DNA of 64,000 nt, taken from NCBI GenBank assembly GCA_040954595.2, contig CM082597.2, positions 574,759 through 638,758 of the forward strand. The letters run 5' to 3'. This stretch comes from Balanoglossus misakiensis. Its lineage: Eukaryota > Animalia > Hemichordata. Below, piece by piece: positions 15,201-26,886 of this stretch. The translations under genes and the position numbers were made by a program. Within the stretch, counting starts at the first letter, position 1. Every line of letters starts with the position of its first letter. The notes beneath the pieces are model-generated. The model was not told the DNA's origin. It saw only the letters and a list, made by a program, of their open reading frames with translations, and ran no database searches.

Positions 15201-18200
15201 CACACAGTACATCAATCTCTAGTCTAACAAAACAATAAACTATCAATAATGCCTTCACTGTGCTATGTCTTTTTCATGCGAACATTTCAAAATCACCAAG
15301 CTTGCAATGCAATGCTTGTAAACACATTGAACATTATAATGTCTACTCCTCATGTTGTAAAATGTTTGACAAATATGTACCACTCTCGGCAGAATTATAT
15401 GCAAACATGTTTTCCCATGTTCCAACGCTTCCTTGTCAACTTACATCATGCTCTTTCGAACTTGAAAAATAGAACGTGCTGAGTATTTGACAAAGAGAAT
15501 ATACCACAAGTCAAATAAATTATTTTGTGAAATCATTTTGTAACATCTGAGTACATGAACAGTTCCGAGTATACACACAACAACTAGATTCTTGAATAAA
15601 ACAATGGAACCAAGGTAATGATGTTTCTTGCTGTACTGCATGGTTTCATTGCAGACTCCTGTTGATGAATTACAACCTCCAAGTCCCAGCCCGAGTCCGA
15701 GTCCAACACCAAGTCCTAAAAATAGAAAAAGCAGAGGTAAGAATGAGGGCCAATCAGAATGTGCATCTCACGATGGCAATAGTAGTAAACATACAGTGTA
15801 CTGAGACACTTTGTGAAAGGAACAGTGATTGGCTAATTCCAATGATGTATTTTCTTGAATATGCGAGTGTCTAATTCTTTTTCCAGCGGTTCTTTTTGTG
15901 TAACTTTGTGGACAACAGTAAAGTTATAGCTTGTGGCAATGTCGGGAATCTTGTGTGACTTGTTTGTCTCTGCATATTAGGCACATCACCCCAGAGAAGC
16001 AAAAGACGATTTTTCAGCTTCGGAAAGAAAGACAAGGAAAAAGACAAAGATAAGAGACGAACCAATTCACATGGTGATCTAGTCAAACCAGACAAATCAC
16101 ACACATTACCATCAAAAGCAAAAGATAGCCTTCAAGTTCCAGGTCAAAAATCAGCAAGATCAGCCAGTGCAGGTATCTCATAACTAATCCTGTCACCCCT
16201 CCTCTTATTTGTTGCATGTTTTAGCCCTGGCATGGAGTAAGTGCCTTGGACTCTCCCATTATATAATAATGGGTAATGTGTCTATCTGTAAATGTAAACT
16301 GTTTGAAGAGAATGTGTTATGTATGTTTTGCTGTGTTGTAAAGTTGCCCGATTTGTTTAATTTCTTTTGTCACTTCCCTTGTGATGTTCCTGTCCATCAA
16401 CCTGTCTTACCCCAGATTTTCAGAATGATGGAATGACCTTGTCAGATTTTTAGGTGGATTTTTCCACTTGCTAATGGGGGTAATAGCCAAGAAGACTGAT
16501 TATGTGCCTGTGGTCTGCTTTCTGCTTATCTTGTGAGTAGAAAAACGCATGCTGTGCTAGGGAGTTTTGTCATTTAAGCTGAATGAAATATGCGCTGACT
16601 CTTTTTGGAAGCTTAGGGGTGCATTTCAATCTCATTGGCTAATGCTTATCCAGCCAATTTGCATAAAGCATCCATAACTTGTCAAGAAAAGTATTGTGAA
16701 ATTTCTGACTTTGCATCAATCTTTGTGAAAGGAGTCTTGAATTTTTCTAGGAATCAGTGATAATCTTGATGTTGACTTCTTCAAAGAGGAAATTGTACCA
16801 AAAAGAGATTATTTCAATGGTTTGATTTTTCAGAGTCGGAGCGTTTGGTCTGATCATCGCATGCAATACAAGTACATCACATGAAAGGAAGTTAAATTTT
16901 GTCATCAATGGATAAACTTCATATATTTCAGAATGAATATGTATCTGTCAGTTTTATGTTTAAGATTTAGTTAAGAATTGTCCAAGATTTGGGAATACTG
17001 ATATTTTTTAGCAATGATCTGTCTTGTCATTGTGTAAGTTTATGTTCTGGTGATTATTTCATTTGAAGATGGTACAGAGATAGTATATTTAATTTATTTT
17101 AGTTTGTGGATACAAACTTACAATTTCACATTGTTTCTTGTTTTTCAAAGTATTTTTAGTATGGATCAATGTGTTAAACTTGTATTCAAATTTATCATGG
17201 CCTTATTGGCTACTTTTGCATATTTGTCATTTTGATAACAAGTATGTGAGATATGTTTGTAATATCGCTGTCCTTAAGCCACCCACAGTAACTGCAATAT
17301 TGATGCTAGAAAATACAAATCATTAAATTATTAAAACTTAGGTTGGAAACTGAAATAGGGTCTGAGAGGGAAATGGGAAAGATAGCTTTGTTATTAGTAT
17401 TGATGATGATAATAATGACTTGATAAGATTAGATTAGATAGATTAAGGTATGGCTAGGTATGAGAAAGAATTAGAGAAAGAATTATATATCAGTTAAAAA
17501 CTTGTATTTGTCATTTCAATTATACATTCAACTGAGTATATGCCATGGGTACACGCTGTGGAATCTCACCAAATTGCCATGGAAGTAAGACAATCTAAAT
17601 AGAAATAACTGAGGCACAGATGAATTAATTGCTACATCCAAACCTAAATTATTAATTAGAGAATTGATCTCTTTGTTCCCACCAAGTTTTGATCGGAAAT
17701 GCAATATTTCCAAAACATCTGGTTTTAAGAGATATTATCCAAAGAAAACCTGACATTGCAAATATTAATTTAAAAATACTTTGCCATTTAAATTATAATA
17801 AACTTTAAAAAAATCTATTTATATTTGAAATATGCAGTACGAAAATAGTTATAGAGGGTTAAACTGAATGACATAGTAAAAGAGTTAGATAGTTTAAATT
17901 ATAGATTGCAACAGCTATGTACACAAGTCGTAGAGGAAGATTTAAAAGTATGTTATTTATGACAACAAAAATGATAGTATAATTGCAGACAGTTCTTTTG
18001 AACTGGGTTTATGTGTAAGTTGTTTATTCTGAATTTTCTTCAACTCCAGTCTTTCAAGAAGGTCAAATCATGAGGAGTAATTATCTTGCCATAGAAATGT
18101 TATATAGACATTCTGGACGAATTAACCATCCTGAATCTGAGCATTAATAAATGATTTTCCATCTTGTATCATTGAAGAAAATCTCCATTATTTTGCAAAT

Positions 18201-21200
18201 GCATATCAGACTAATTTCTTTGTTACTTGGTCATGTTAATGTTTTCATCTGTCAGCATATTTATTCTTTCTTGAATCGCAAATAAATCACACTTTCATTG
18301 TTGTATTTCTTCTTTCACATTGTGTGTGTGTCTTTTTGTGTTTCTTGTGTTTCACACCATTCTCATTCATGACTAATCAAGAGAAGATGGTAGATGGTAC
18401 AGTTGGCAGTGGACTTTAGAAAGAAACGTGAAATGCAAAAGCTATGTGTAGCAGCCAGCCACATTATTTAGTCACTCTAAAGGTAATGGAGGGTCATTGT
18501 CATAATTGAATGATGTGGACAGGATGTGATAATGCTCCATCAAGCAACAAACTAGCTGATGCTGTGTAGTTTACAGTGCGTTACATCTGAAGGGAAGACC
18601 ATCAATGGTTATTGGCATCCACCAACTTCATTCAGGAGAAAAAGTAATACATCTTTTGACAGTGGTTTGGTTAATACAGCAAACTAATTTCATTGTAGTG
18701 CAATGACCAATTATGTTAACGAACATTTGAAATCAATCAGACCTTATCATCTTTGTACTTTTTGTACATTTTGGCCTGTTTGAGTTTCTTTTGCTACCTT
18801 TCGTTTCATTTATCTCACGTTAACTCCTTCTTGTTTTGCAATAATCTTTGCTTTCCTTGCTAATGTTTCTCTGCTTTCTCAACCTGTTGGATTATATCGC
18901 TCTTTAGTGCTGTCTTCCAAAGGCAAGTGCATGATTTTCTTCTCTCGCATGTAATCTGGCTGCTGTCATGCATGGCATTCACATATTGTTTATCTTCAAA
19001 CCCGACATGTTTCCACTCAGGCATATGACTGCATGCATATTTTGCATAATTTATGATTTTGCGTAATCTTTCACTTCTGTCTCAATTTCCAGGAAGATTT
19101 CTCGGTGTTTCGGTACAAATGAATATCCTAACATAATCATATGTCATGTTAACTAAGTTAACTACTGTAAAGTTTCATGTAAAATTGTTAGCCGTGATTT
19201 ACAGGGTTTTCCTATAATATTGTATTCTTTATTTTGATAGTTTTTCATGGTATGTAATTCTGTAAGAGTAATTATTCTCCAGATCAACACAAACTAAAAT
19301 GTAATGAAACCTTAACGCTGACACACCTGTTTTCGTGTATGTAGATGAAAAGTCCATTTAGACTAACTGTTCATTGATTATGCTATGTAAGTTTTCTTCC
19401 TCAAGCAGATTTTTCCCCTTGTATGTTACCTCCCCACCCATAACTGTAAGTGTTTGTTTGTTGTCATTTATGTTCCTTCAAAGCAATGGTGTTAATGGAT
19501 TAGAATTGAGATTTGGGTGTTTCCCTTAGGTGTTACTGTAGCTTTTGTTACTGTGTTGTTTCTAAGACTCCTGGACATCACATATGTTGTTTGACTCAAG
19601 CCACACCCATGCCTTGACCGGTGGGTGGGTCTGGATGTGCCCGATAGACGTCCAAGGGTTAATGCTGATGGTGTTGCATGCTCTACATCTTAGACAACAT
19701 TCTACCCGTCAAATCCAGACTTCTCTATTATTCATGTACTTTTTCAACTAACTGGCGTAGGCAAGATGGATTAAAACACTTGAAAACAACTGCCTGTCAT
19801 ATGGCAGTTAGGTTCTGTTCAGATACCTATCAGTTTCGGACTCTGTCTGCTGTCGACTTAACTGGTCTTTCAGTATCTATCTCTGGTGCAGATGAATTGG
19901 GAAGAAATATAAATTACCCACACATCAAAGAGATTGTACATTATTCTACCTTTCTCTGTCATCTTTCAGGTGAACTTTCCATCAACAATAAACATGAGGG
20001 AAGAAGTGACACCAGCAGTCTTCGATCAACAGGAAGTCGAGGATCACAATTTAGTTACACACCAAATGAATATTCAACACTTGTCATAGAGGCCCTTGAG
20101 AATGGTCGTGTAAAGTAAGTTTCACAAAATGTGGTGATTTGCGAAAAAAAATCAGATTGTGTAATCAGTGCAGGGCTGTGGCAGTTTGACTGCAAATATT
20201 CACTGAAAAACTTGTGGAAACACTTGTGGTCTGTGAACTTTATCAAGTGTCTATGTGATGTAACTTCAGTTTTTGAAGATGTGAAATTGAGATGTTAACA
20301 TACCCTGCCTTCCTGTTATTTGTTCTCCACAGGCATTATTTAATACCAGCTGCTCTCGCAAAGGGTGGCAGATATGAATTAAAAGGTGCCAAGCTTCATG
20401 TGTATAATGATCACTGTTTTGTAGCCACACATTTTACAAGTGTAGTATCGTGTGAAGTTTGCAATAAAACTTTGACCAGGCGGATGGGAAAGCAGGGTTA
20501 CCAATGCAGAGGTAAGTACAAAGAATCATCGATTGATTTTTGCCCCACAAATACAGTCAAACCTGTATAAGTGGCCACCTCTATATGTTGCCACTTTGTT
20601 ACAGTCTCTGTGCAATTTATAAAGGCCACCTGTCTGTGAAGGCCAGTTTAGTAAAGTCCCTTGACTGGCCACTATAGGCATTAAACAGTACAAGTGCGAC
20701 ATGTGTGACTGTTCTGTATTTAAACAAACAATCAGCATTGTTCCACTGATCAAGGAGACCCTGCCAACCAATATAATTTTCCTGTTTGGTTTCCACAGAT
20801 TGTAAACTTGTAGTGCACAAACATTGCCATTTTAAGACAGAAGAACATTGCCCTAACAGCAGAGTTAGTACTATGGAAATGTAAGTACTCTTGTTTTTGA
20901 TATCCTTGTCATTTTGCAATTCAGTTGGTACATGCACCGGTATATGCCCTGTATAGCACACATTCTGAATGTATGAATATTGAAACCGTGAGAAAAAGGG
21001 GGAGTGTTGTGTCTTTTTGTTGTTTGTTGTGCATCACGACATACATGGTGTTGATTACAAGGACGTGTTGAATCATCTTGTGTGCTAAATTCTTTCCGTT
21101 TAGGACTAAATACAGTCCTCCGCCACCAAGAAGGCGATCCCTGAGTTTAGGGAGAGGTCGAAGCCGGAGTCGGGAAAGGAGATATGACCACGAGGAGAGC

Positions 21201-21509
21201 AGTGTTATTTCAGAACCGAGCTCTGAGGCGAGAGATTCTCTGAAATCTGACCCTAGCTCTCCCACCTCTGAGCAAGCGGCCATGTTTGCCAGCGAGTCGG
21301 GCAAAGCAGGAGATCCACACAGAGCCAGTTACACGATGATCGAATCTGCTCCTCCTCAGAGCCTGTTGCCACAGCAATCATCATCCCCACACAGCACGGC
21401 ATCAGAAGCCTATTTCCTAGCCGAGGAGTCCAATCCTTTCACTGTCCGCGAAGACCACACTGATCACCATTTATCTCCACCAGGGATGGCAGGCGGACAC
21501 TTTGAATGA
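7092..21509 (+). CDS. C2CD2: C2CD2/C2CD2L (TMEM24)-family lipid-transfer protein with SMP, C2 and C1 domains; 5'-partial, 17 exons found
   Basis: GT-AG exons with consistent phase: 7092-7187, 7342-7461, 8480-8584, 8801-8953, 9078-9168, 9495-9642, 9734-9798, 10886-11013, 11291-11507, 13061-13216, 13970-14100, 15655-15736, 15981-16172, 19970-20114, 20333-20511, 20799-20880, 21104-21509 (TGA); 2496 nt, 831 aa. Family-like motifs: KPPRAHDRRLLVK, C2 core DPYCTIEMDTPVQKHKT...NPFWDEHFLF, VTPTGTVITTVTT, and ESVADTAVRHL...TPTKKSTLIIQGVS. The N-terminal transmembrane exon(s) were not found and probably lie upstream of the window. Confidence 0.88.
9228..9450. repeat. (GT)n followed by degenerate (GA)n microsatellite in an intron
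   Basis: Directly visible in the sequence. Confidence 0.95.
9495..11013 (+). CDS. C2CD2: C2 domain exons of the C2CD2-like gene
   Basis: Exons 9495-9642, 9734-9798 and 10886-11013 splice to VIKANGLAGGNGLACGDPYCTIEMDTPVQKHKTATVRNTANPFWDEHFLFDLHNNSDVVKFTVLDRDKPQNDQFLGTAVVSMESLRTNPSTRQIIPLQARNNQDKNITGSITLE, a typical C2 pattern. Confidence 0.9.
9956..10048 (+). CDS. Candidate alternative 93-nt cassette exon inside the C2 domain (GC donor)
   Basis: Long pyrimidine tract, CTAAT branch point and AAG acceptor; donor G|GCAAGT; symmetric phase 1. Encodes VDKFLGQVSVSVDMLDRLRTKLYVRKRTTNY, which resembles the next exon (DQFLGTAVVSMESL). Confidence 0.55.
11145..11236. mobile_element. ~90-bp TTAA/CCC-terminated MITE (piggyBac-like), copy 2
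   Basis: TTAACCCTTTCACC ... GGTGAAAGGGTAA terminal inverted repeats; homologous, in the opposite orientation, to the copies at 5278 and 24593. Confidence 0.7.
12735..12764 (+). CDS. Candidate 30-nt microexon (GVTDYFIEVP) with NAGNAG acceptor and GC donor
   Basis: TGCTAAC branch point, CAGTAG acceptor and CAG|GCAAGC donor; frame-preserving within the phase-1 intron 11508-13060. Confidence 0.45.
18382..18396 (+). CDS. Candidate 15-nt microexon (EKMVD)
   Basis: Long U/C-rich tract, ACTAAT branch point, AAG acceptor and G|GTACAG donor; symmetric phase 1. Confidence 0.35.
18908..18922 (+). CDS. Candidate 15-nt microexon (VLSSK) with GC donor
   Basis: ~150-nt pyrimidine tract with TGC motifs and TGCTAAT, TTTAG acceptor, AAG|GCAAGT donor and several downstream (T)GCATG; symmetric phase 1. 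Confidence 0.5.
20333..20880 (+). CDS. C2CD2: C1 (phorbol-ester/DAG-type zinc finger) domain exons of the C2CD2-like gene
   Basis: Exons 20333-20511 and 20799-20880 give HCFVATHFTSVVSCEVCNKTLTRRMGKQGYQCRDCKLVVHKHCHFKTEEHC, matching H-x12-C-x2-C-xn-C-x2-C-x4-H-x2-C-x7-C. Confidence 0.9.
20552..20680. mobile_element. TA/CAGT-terminated (Tc1/mariner-like) MITE fragment
   Basis: TACAGTCAAACCTGTATAAGTGGCCACCTCTAT... with internal GGCCAC repeats. Related pieces at 32515-32654, ~40790-40840 and ~41490-41522. Confidence 0.6.
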
Positions 21510-24500
21510 ACGCCAGAATATTAGTCATCAGTGAAGAATTCTATACTACAACCGAGGCAATTATTTGAATCATTTGATCAGAAAGTTCATAAACCATTTT
21601 TCTTACAGGAACAAGATGGCTTTTTCTTCATTTCTTTTCCCCCAGCTGCAAAGTCTGGGAATTTTGTAGTTGTTGTGGAAACTGTATGAATATCACAGAT
21701 ACATGGCAAGAAGTTGTCATTGATAATCTTAACATGGTCTTCCATTATTGATCCAGAAAAATGGTTGTCTAAACTTTCTGAAAGTTCCTAGAACTGAAGT
21801 GTGTAAAAGTGGATTGCGTATAAAAATATCATCACATGATTATGCTTTACCAAAAAGTGGTTAAAATACATGCATTTATAGTGTTGTGACCCCTAGTTGA
21901 AGATTCTAGTTTTGACCCCCAATTGAATTAGTATTAGTCTAGTGTTCTCGTTATCAAAACCACTTGAGTGAGATGTCGCTTTTTCATTTTTCACAAAAAA
22001 GAAGATAATTGTGATGAAAATCCTCAAAAAATTATATGCCGTAAAAATTGAGTTTTTTTATGTAGCAGTTTCAAGAATTTGGACACAGTTTGCCATGAAA
22101 AAAGTTAACAGAGTGTGGTTGAAAGTTCTACTAGTTAGCAATTTTTACACTTTTGTCTAAAACTTCAGTTATTTCATTACTTAATTTCTTACATATTATT
22201 TATACAGTTTGTTATGGTTTCTTTGATTGTAAGTGATCAGTTTATTTAACTAGGTTTTTGATAATTTATTCTGAAATCCCATCTTGACACTTTAGTTGTA
22301 AGTTGTAAGAGTAAATTGAAGATCTTACAGTAGCGCTAACTAAATGTTACTTGCTCGGTACTTCATGGCAAAGATAGAGTAACTCATATACACCAATGCT
22401 ATGATGGTATCGATCTTTGTGCAATGATTTTTGCCATGTCTAATGCGATTGGTTTTTGCTTAAGTACAGTGTGTGTATGGCTAAGAAGTCGGTTTGCATC
22501 AACAAACAAGCTTTTCAGCAAGGTTTGCAACTAACACTTGCAGCTCTACTGAACACTGAGAATAATAAGAGCATGTCTGATGCAGTGTTTCGTCATAGCA
22601 ACTCACTTTCATCCATTTTCTCCCAAGGTGCATCAAACATAACACCGCACGTCTCAAAAATTTCTGTCATGTTTTACTAACCACCATCTTGTCACTTTCA
22701 TTTCATCCCCAGGGAATATGTCGGTGACACTGCCGTCTAGGTAACAACATCTGTAGTCATGGTTACAATAAATCCATCAAACATGGACCCTCTTCATCTC
22801 TCCCATCATGCATTTCACCAGCTTAGAATCATGGGAAACCAGCAAGTGGTCAGAAGAGAAGACATTTGTTATGCTTGTGGTGTTTAAGCTGATATGGCAA
22901 TGCTCTAACCACTAACAATTTAATGTGATATGTTCTGGTTAGCGAAAGATGTCACAGAAAGAGCACTCAAAGCTAGTTACAATAGTCGTTATCTGAGATA
23001 TTGAATAACATGATAGCAGTGTTATATAATTATTTAACATTGAATTCAGAATGCAATTTGCAATAACTTATTCTAGTTATCACAATCATGATTGAAATGA
23101 GGAAATTTATCATTTTTCAATAAATTAAAATTTTATATTTCCCTGGCAGAATCATGGGCAATTCACAAATTCCTTGTCCTTTGTATTTTTATATTGGACT
23201 TCTGTCAAAACATTTCAAGGTTGTAAATGGCCGAATTCTTAGTGAGGTTGTTGTGGAAAATTTGTTAGACATGCATACAACATTCTTATTTACCTATTCT
23301 GATATTCCTGGTGTCTTCTTTGATATTTTACTATTAGTAATTGGACAAGTGGGATGGAAAAGCTTTAACATTTCATTGGCATCAGTGTTTTATTTCTATT
23401 TATTATGTGTGCTAGGAGAATTTGCTAAATAATGTATAATTTCGTCCATTTGTATTTGGTGCAGTACTAGTTCGTGACAGTGTCCATTTAAATTAGGTTG
23501 GTTGTCTAGAAGAAAATTATGATAGAATTTACCAAGTCATGAAATTCTGTATTTTTTGCATTCTCTCTGAGATCCATTTGTGCCTACAATGTGCTTTGCT
23601 ATTCATAATTTCCCTTCATGTCAAAATGAATGCTTGTCAATGCCTTGTCTCTTCATAGCCAAAAGTTTGTTGCAAAATGTCAGTGTTGATTGCAGTTAAC
23701 TTAAATCCTTCTTTCAAATACATGTTTTCTTACATCCATGTTTGACATTTGATTTGAATTAAGGTGCTCTACTTTCTTTCCTGCGAAAGTCCATCTTTGA
23801 AACTCTTCATGTATAGATTAATTGATTTACTGGTCTTGATTCTAGATGTGGATATGATACATGTATGTTATGGTGTACTTGTAAGGAGACATTGAGATGA
23901 GACATAAGGGTACAATTTTCATTGAATGACATAATACAAGCAATCATGATCAGTGAACACTAGATTTGCAATCCTGAATTTTGATAGCTGGTCGGATTTT
24001 TTTTATTAAAAAAAATGAGCATGCTGTCTCTTAACTTCAAGCAACCAGGCAGCTGGTGAAATTTGATTCTCTGTAACCACAACTGTCGTACTTGTCAGCT
24101 TTTTCTGTTTTGATGAGTGACGTGTTCGTAAACTTCAAACATTTTCCTTTTTTCAACAATTCAGTTGTCTTGTGTAAAATCTTGTCTTTTCAGAGCCTCT
24201 CCACTGTCCTGGTTCATTTATGTTTATGGGTCTTGATATCGCCTGTATACAATGTGCAGCTGTGTTAGTCGTATTTCATAGCTTTCCTTCAATTTCAGTT
24301 AAGTTTACCTCTGGACATGACTCCTGGACATTTTCCTTGCCTCCATCCCCAATGGTGGATGGGAAATACCCAGGTAGTCACGTCCAGGGGTAACCATCAC
24401 AATTCTAATATTTCATTGTCTTTGTAGCACATTGTATATACACCGGTACTGCATTTAGAAGACATACCCACAATACTTTTGTGAGTTAGATTTCAATCTG

Positions 24501-24592
24501 TCTTTCCTGAGTCATAGCGAAAGTGTTCCATCAATTTACTTTGACAAATGACTTTGATTATTGCTGTGGTGAAATGAACCTACATTCAGGGT

Positions 24593-24684
24593 TTAACCCT
24601 TTCACTGCCATGGTTTGGTCCAATTTCATTGCTTTCTATGGGAAAGTTGGACTGGAAAGAGGGAAATGGGGGTGAGAAGGTTAA
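24593..24684. mobile_element. piggyBac-like MITE, copy 3
   Basis: TTAACCCTTTCACTGCCATGG ... GGGGGTGAGAAGGTTAA, with TTAA at both ends. Confidence 0.7.
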
Positions 24685-25464
24685 ATCCGGATAACAACAT
24701 ATGAAAATGAACCATTCTGTGCAACACCCGTTGCTGTTATTTTACAGGAGAAGTGCCAAAACTTGCAAATCCAAACGTTGAAATAATAGATTCTCTGGAA
24801 CAAAGAGCAGTAGACACCACTTCTAAATGCAGGCAATATTCGGTTAAAATAGAAATATTTGAATTTTGTAGGTATAGACTATTAGAGTGCAATACTTCAT
24901 GTAATTTCCGACCAGCAGGATTTTTAAAAGACATTATTTGCAGTTGTGTATGCATTTATTTGCAAAATTAAATGAAGGCACTTTGGTACAGATTCTGAGT
25001 TCCTTGTGAATTTTCTCAAGGAAATTAACCAACCTCATTTGTAACAGTTACATCAAATCAAACTTATTTAGCTATGAAAAGGAGTGTTAAGGAAGAAAGT
25101 TTTCCAAATCTTTCAATTCTTTAGTAAAATATGTGAGCAGTTGTTTTTAAATCAAAGAAGAAAACACATTGTTAAGCATCTTGTTTTCATATTGGATTTG
25201 TGATGTATGATTGTAAGAAAATACTCTGATGGAAGAGATCCGATTTGGCATATTTTAAAAGTCTCACTGACCACTCAACCTATGCCTGTTTATAAATCCT
25301 TTCAAAAATAGTCATAGTTGACTGTCAAAATGCCTAAAAGATTTGGAAAATTCTGGTTTATTTAAAATTGCATTTATCTTGTAGCTAAGGCTTCCAGATT
25401 AATATAGAATTGACTTTCATCTTCCATATATCTGTTGTACATGCAGAGTGTCTCATTGTGAACA

Positions 25465-26886
25465 TTAGGGATTACGAGTGATGGTAGCAGCATACTGGTA
25501 GCTGCCAACATAATCTTGGACAGTTGGGTCGTAGTCTCCACCCCAGTCGACAAGGAGAACGTAGATGTGTTGATAGGCAGCCGTAGTAGTCGGCAAGATG
25601 ACCGTGTTTATTAGCAGTTGGCTAGGGTTGCTCTTTACGACATTAGGGTTGTCTACTTCACAGGGCAGTTTATCACAGATGTACTGAGTGTACGAGCTTA
25701 TTCCGTCAGTTCCGAAAACCTGTGATGTGATGGAGTAACGGTCGGTTGTTTCTTTGTTGGGGCAGAAGGACACATTGAGAATGGCCTCGTCTTGGTACCT
25801 AAGCCTTTCTTCCTTAATCACATGGATAATCTCTTGGAGATAGATTAAGTCATCGTTCAGCATGTCAGCAGTTGCCATGGCAGCAGGATTTCGTATAGGC
25901 TTGTTTTCTTGCATCATGCCATTAGTCTGAGAATGTGAAAAAACAATACAACTTCATGGGATTTGGCGACCTAGGCGAGCAATAAAAATCCAATATGGCC
26001 GACAGAATTTCAAGATGGCGGATGTCTTCAATGGGAGTTTATATGCAAAATTGAAGGTAGGTCATATTGAAACTTTATTTATGGTTTTAACCTTACACAA
26101 ACACACAGACATCGGTATTTATTGGAGGAATTCATAAACACATACCTGGCCAGTTGCAATAAACTGGACATTTACACTGAAGGAAATTCCAGTGACGTCA
26201 CCAGCCTGTGTCACTACATACAGGTCACTTGTGGAGTTCCATTTCTTAACCAGACAGTTTGGGACAGCTGCATTAGTTCCACCGTCATTAGAGCACAGGG
26301 CTTGTGATTTGGGCTAAGGGGGGGGGGGACAAAAATAAAGAGGAAGGTGCTTGTTAATTTTAGTTGTTACCATAGGCAGGGAAAGATTCTTGCCTTGTCT
26401 GTGTATGCTAGCCTTCCCGAACCATCTTCCACCCCCCCCCCCCCAAATAAAATCCACCCAACCCCACAGAAAACAAATGGTTATCCCCTTATGATTGAAA
26501 TGAGTCGCCCAGCTTACCTTTTTCAGGTCATCAACTACATAGAAATACACGACACCTGCCGCCACCTTCCATCTCGGATTGCTGGTGAGAAGCACGGTCA
26601 CATTGACTTCATCACCGATGAATTGTTTACAAGTAGTCGCTACAAAAGTCTGTACCTGATTTGGGTTTGGAAACTGTACTTCGTTGGTGACGTATCTTGT
26701 GCCAACTTCAACTTGAATAGGGTCATTTGGAGCGAAGACGGTGTATGATTGTGCAGAGTGGACTATAAATAAAAATATGAAAAATAATTGTCTATTGGTC
26801 ATAGAAATACATTCTAAGCAATAATTTACATATGGTGTGTACTTACCAATTAATACAAAAAGTGCAAAGACAATCTTGAGTTCCAT
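25465..26886 (-). CDS. Secreted uncharacterised protein, paralog A (304 aa, 4 exons)
   Basis: Exons 26886-26847, 26762-26518, 26313-26146, 25926-25465 (TAA), GT-AG, phases 1/0/0. Signal peptide MELKIVFALFVLIVHSAQS. Collinear similarity to paralog B. Confidence 0.85.

Noticed and set aside
20921-21304. 127-aa minus-strand ORF
   Set aside because: It is the antisense shadow of the last C2CD2-like coding exon.
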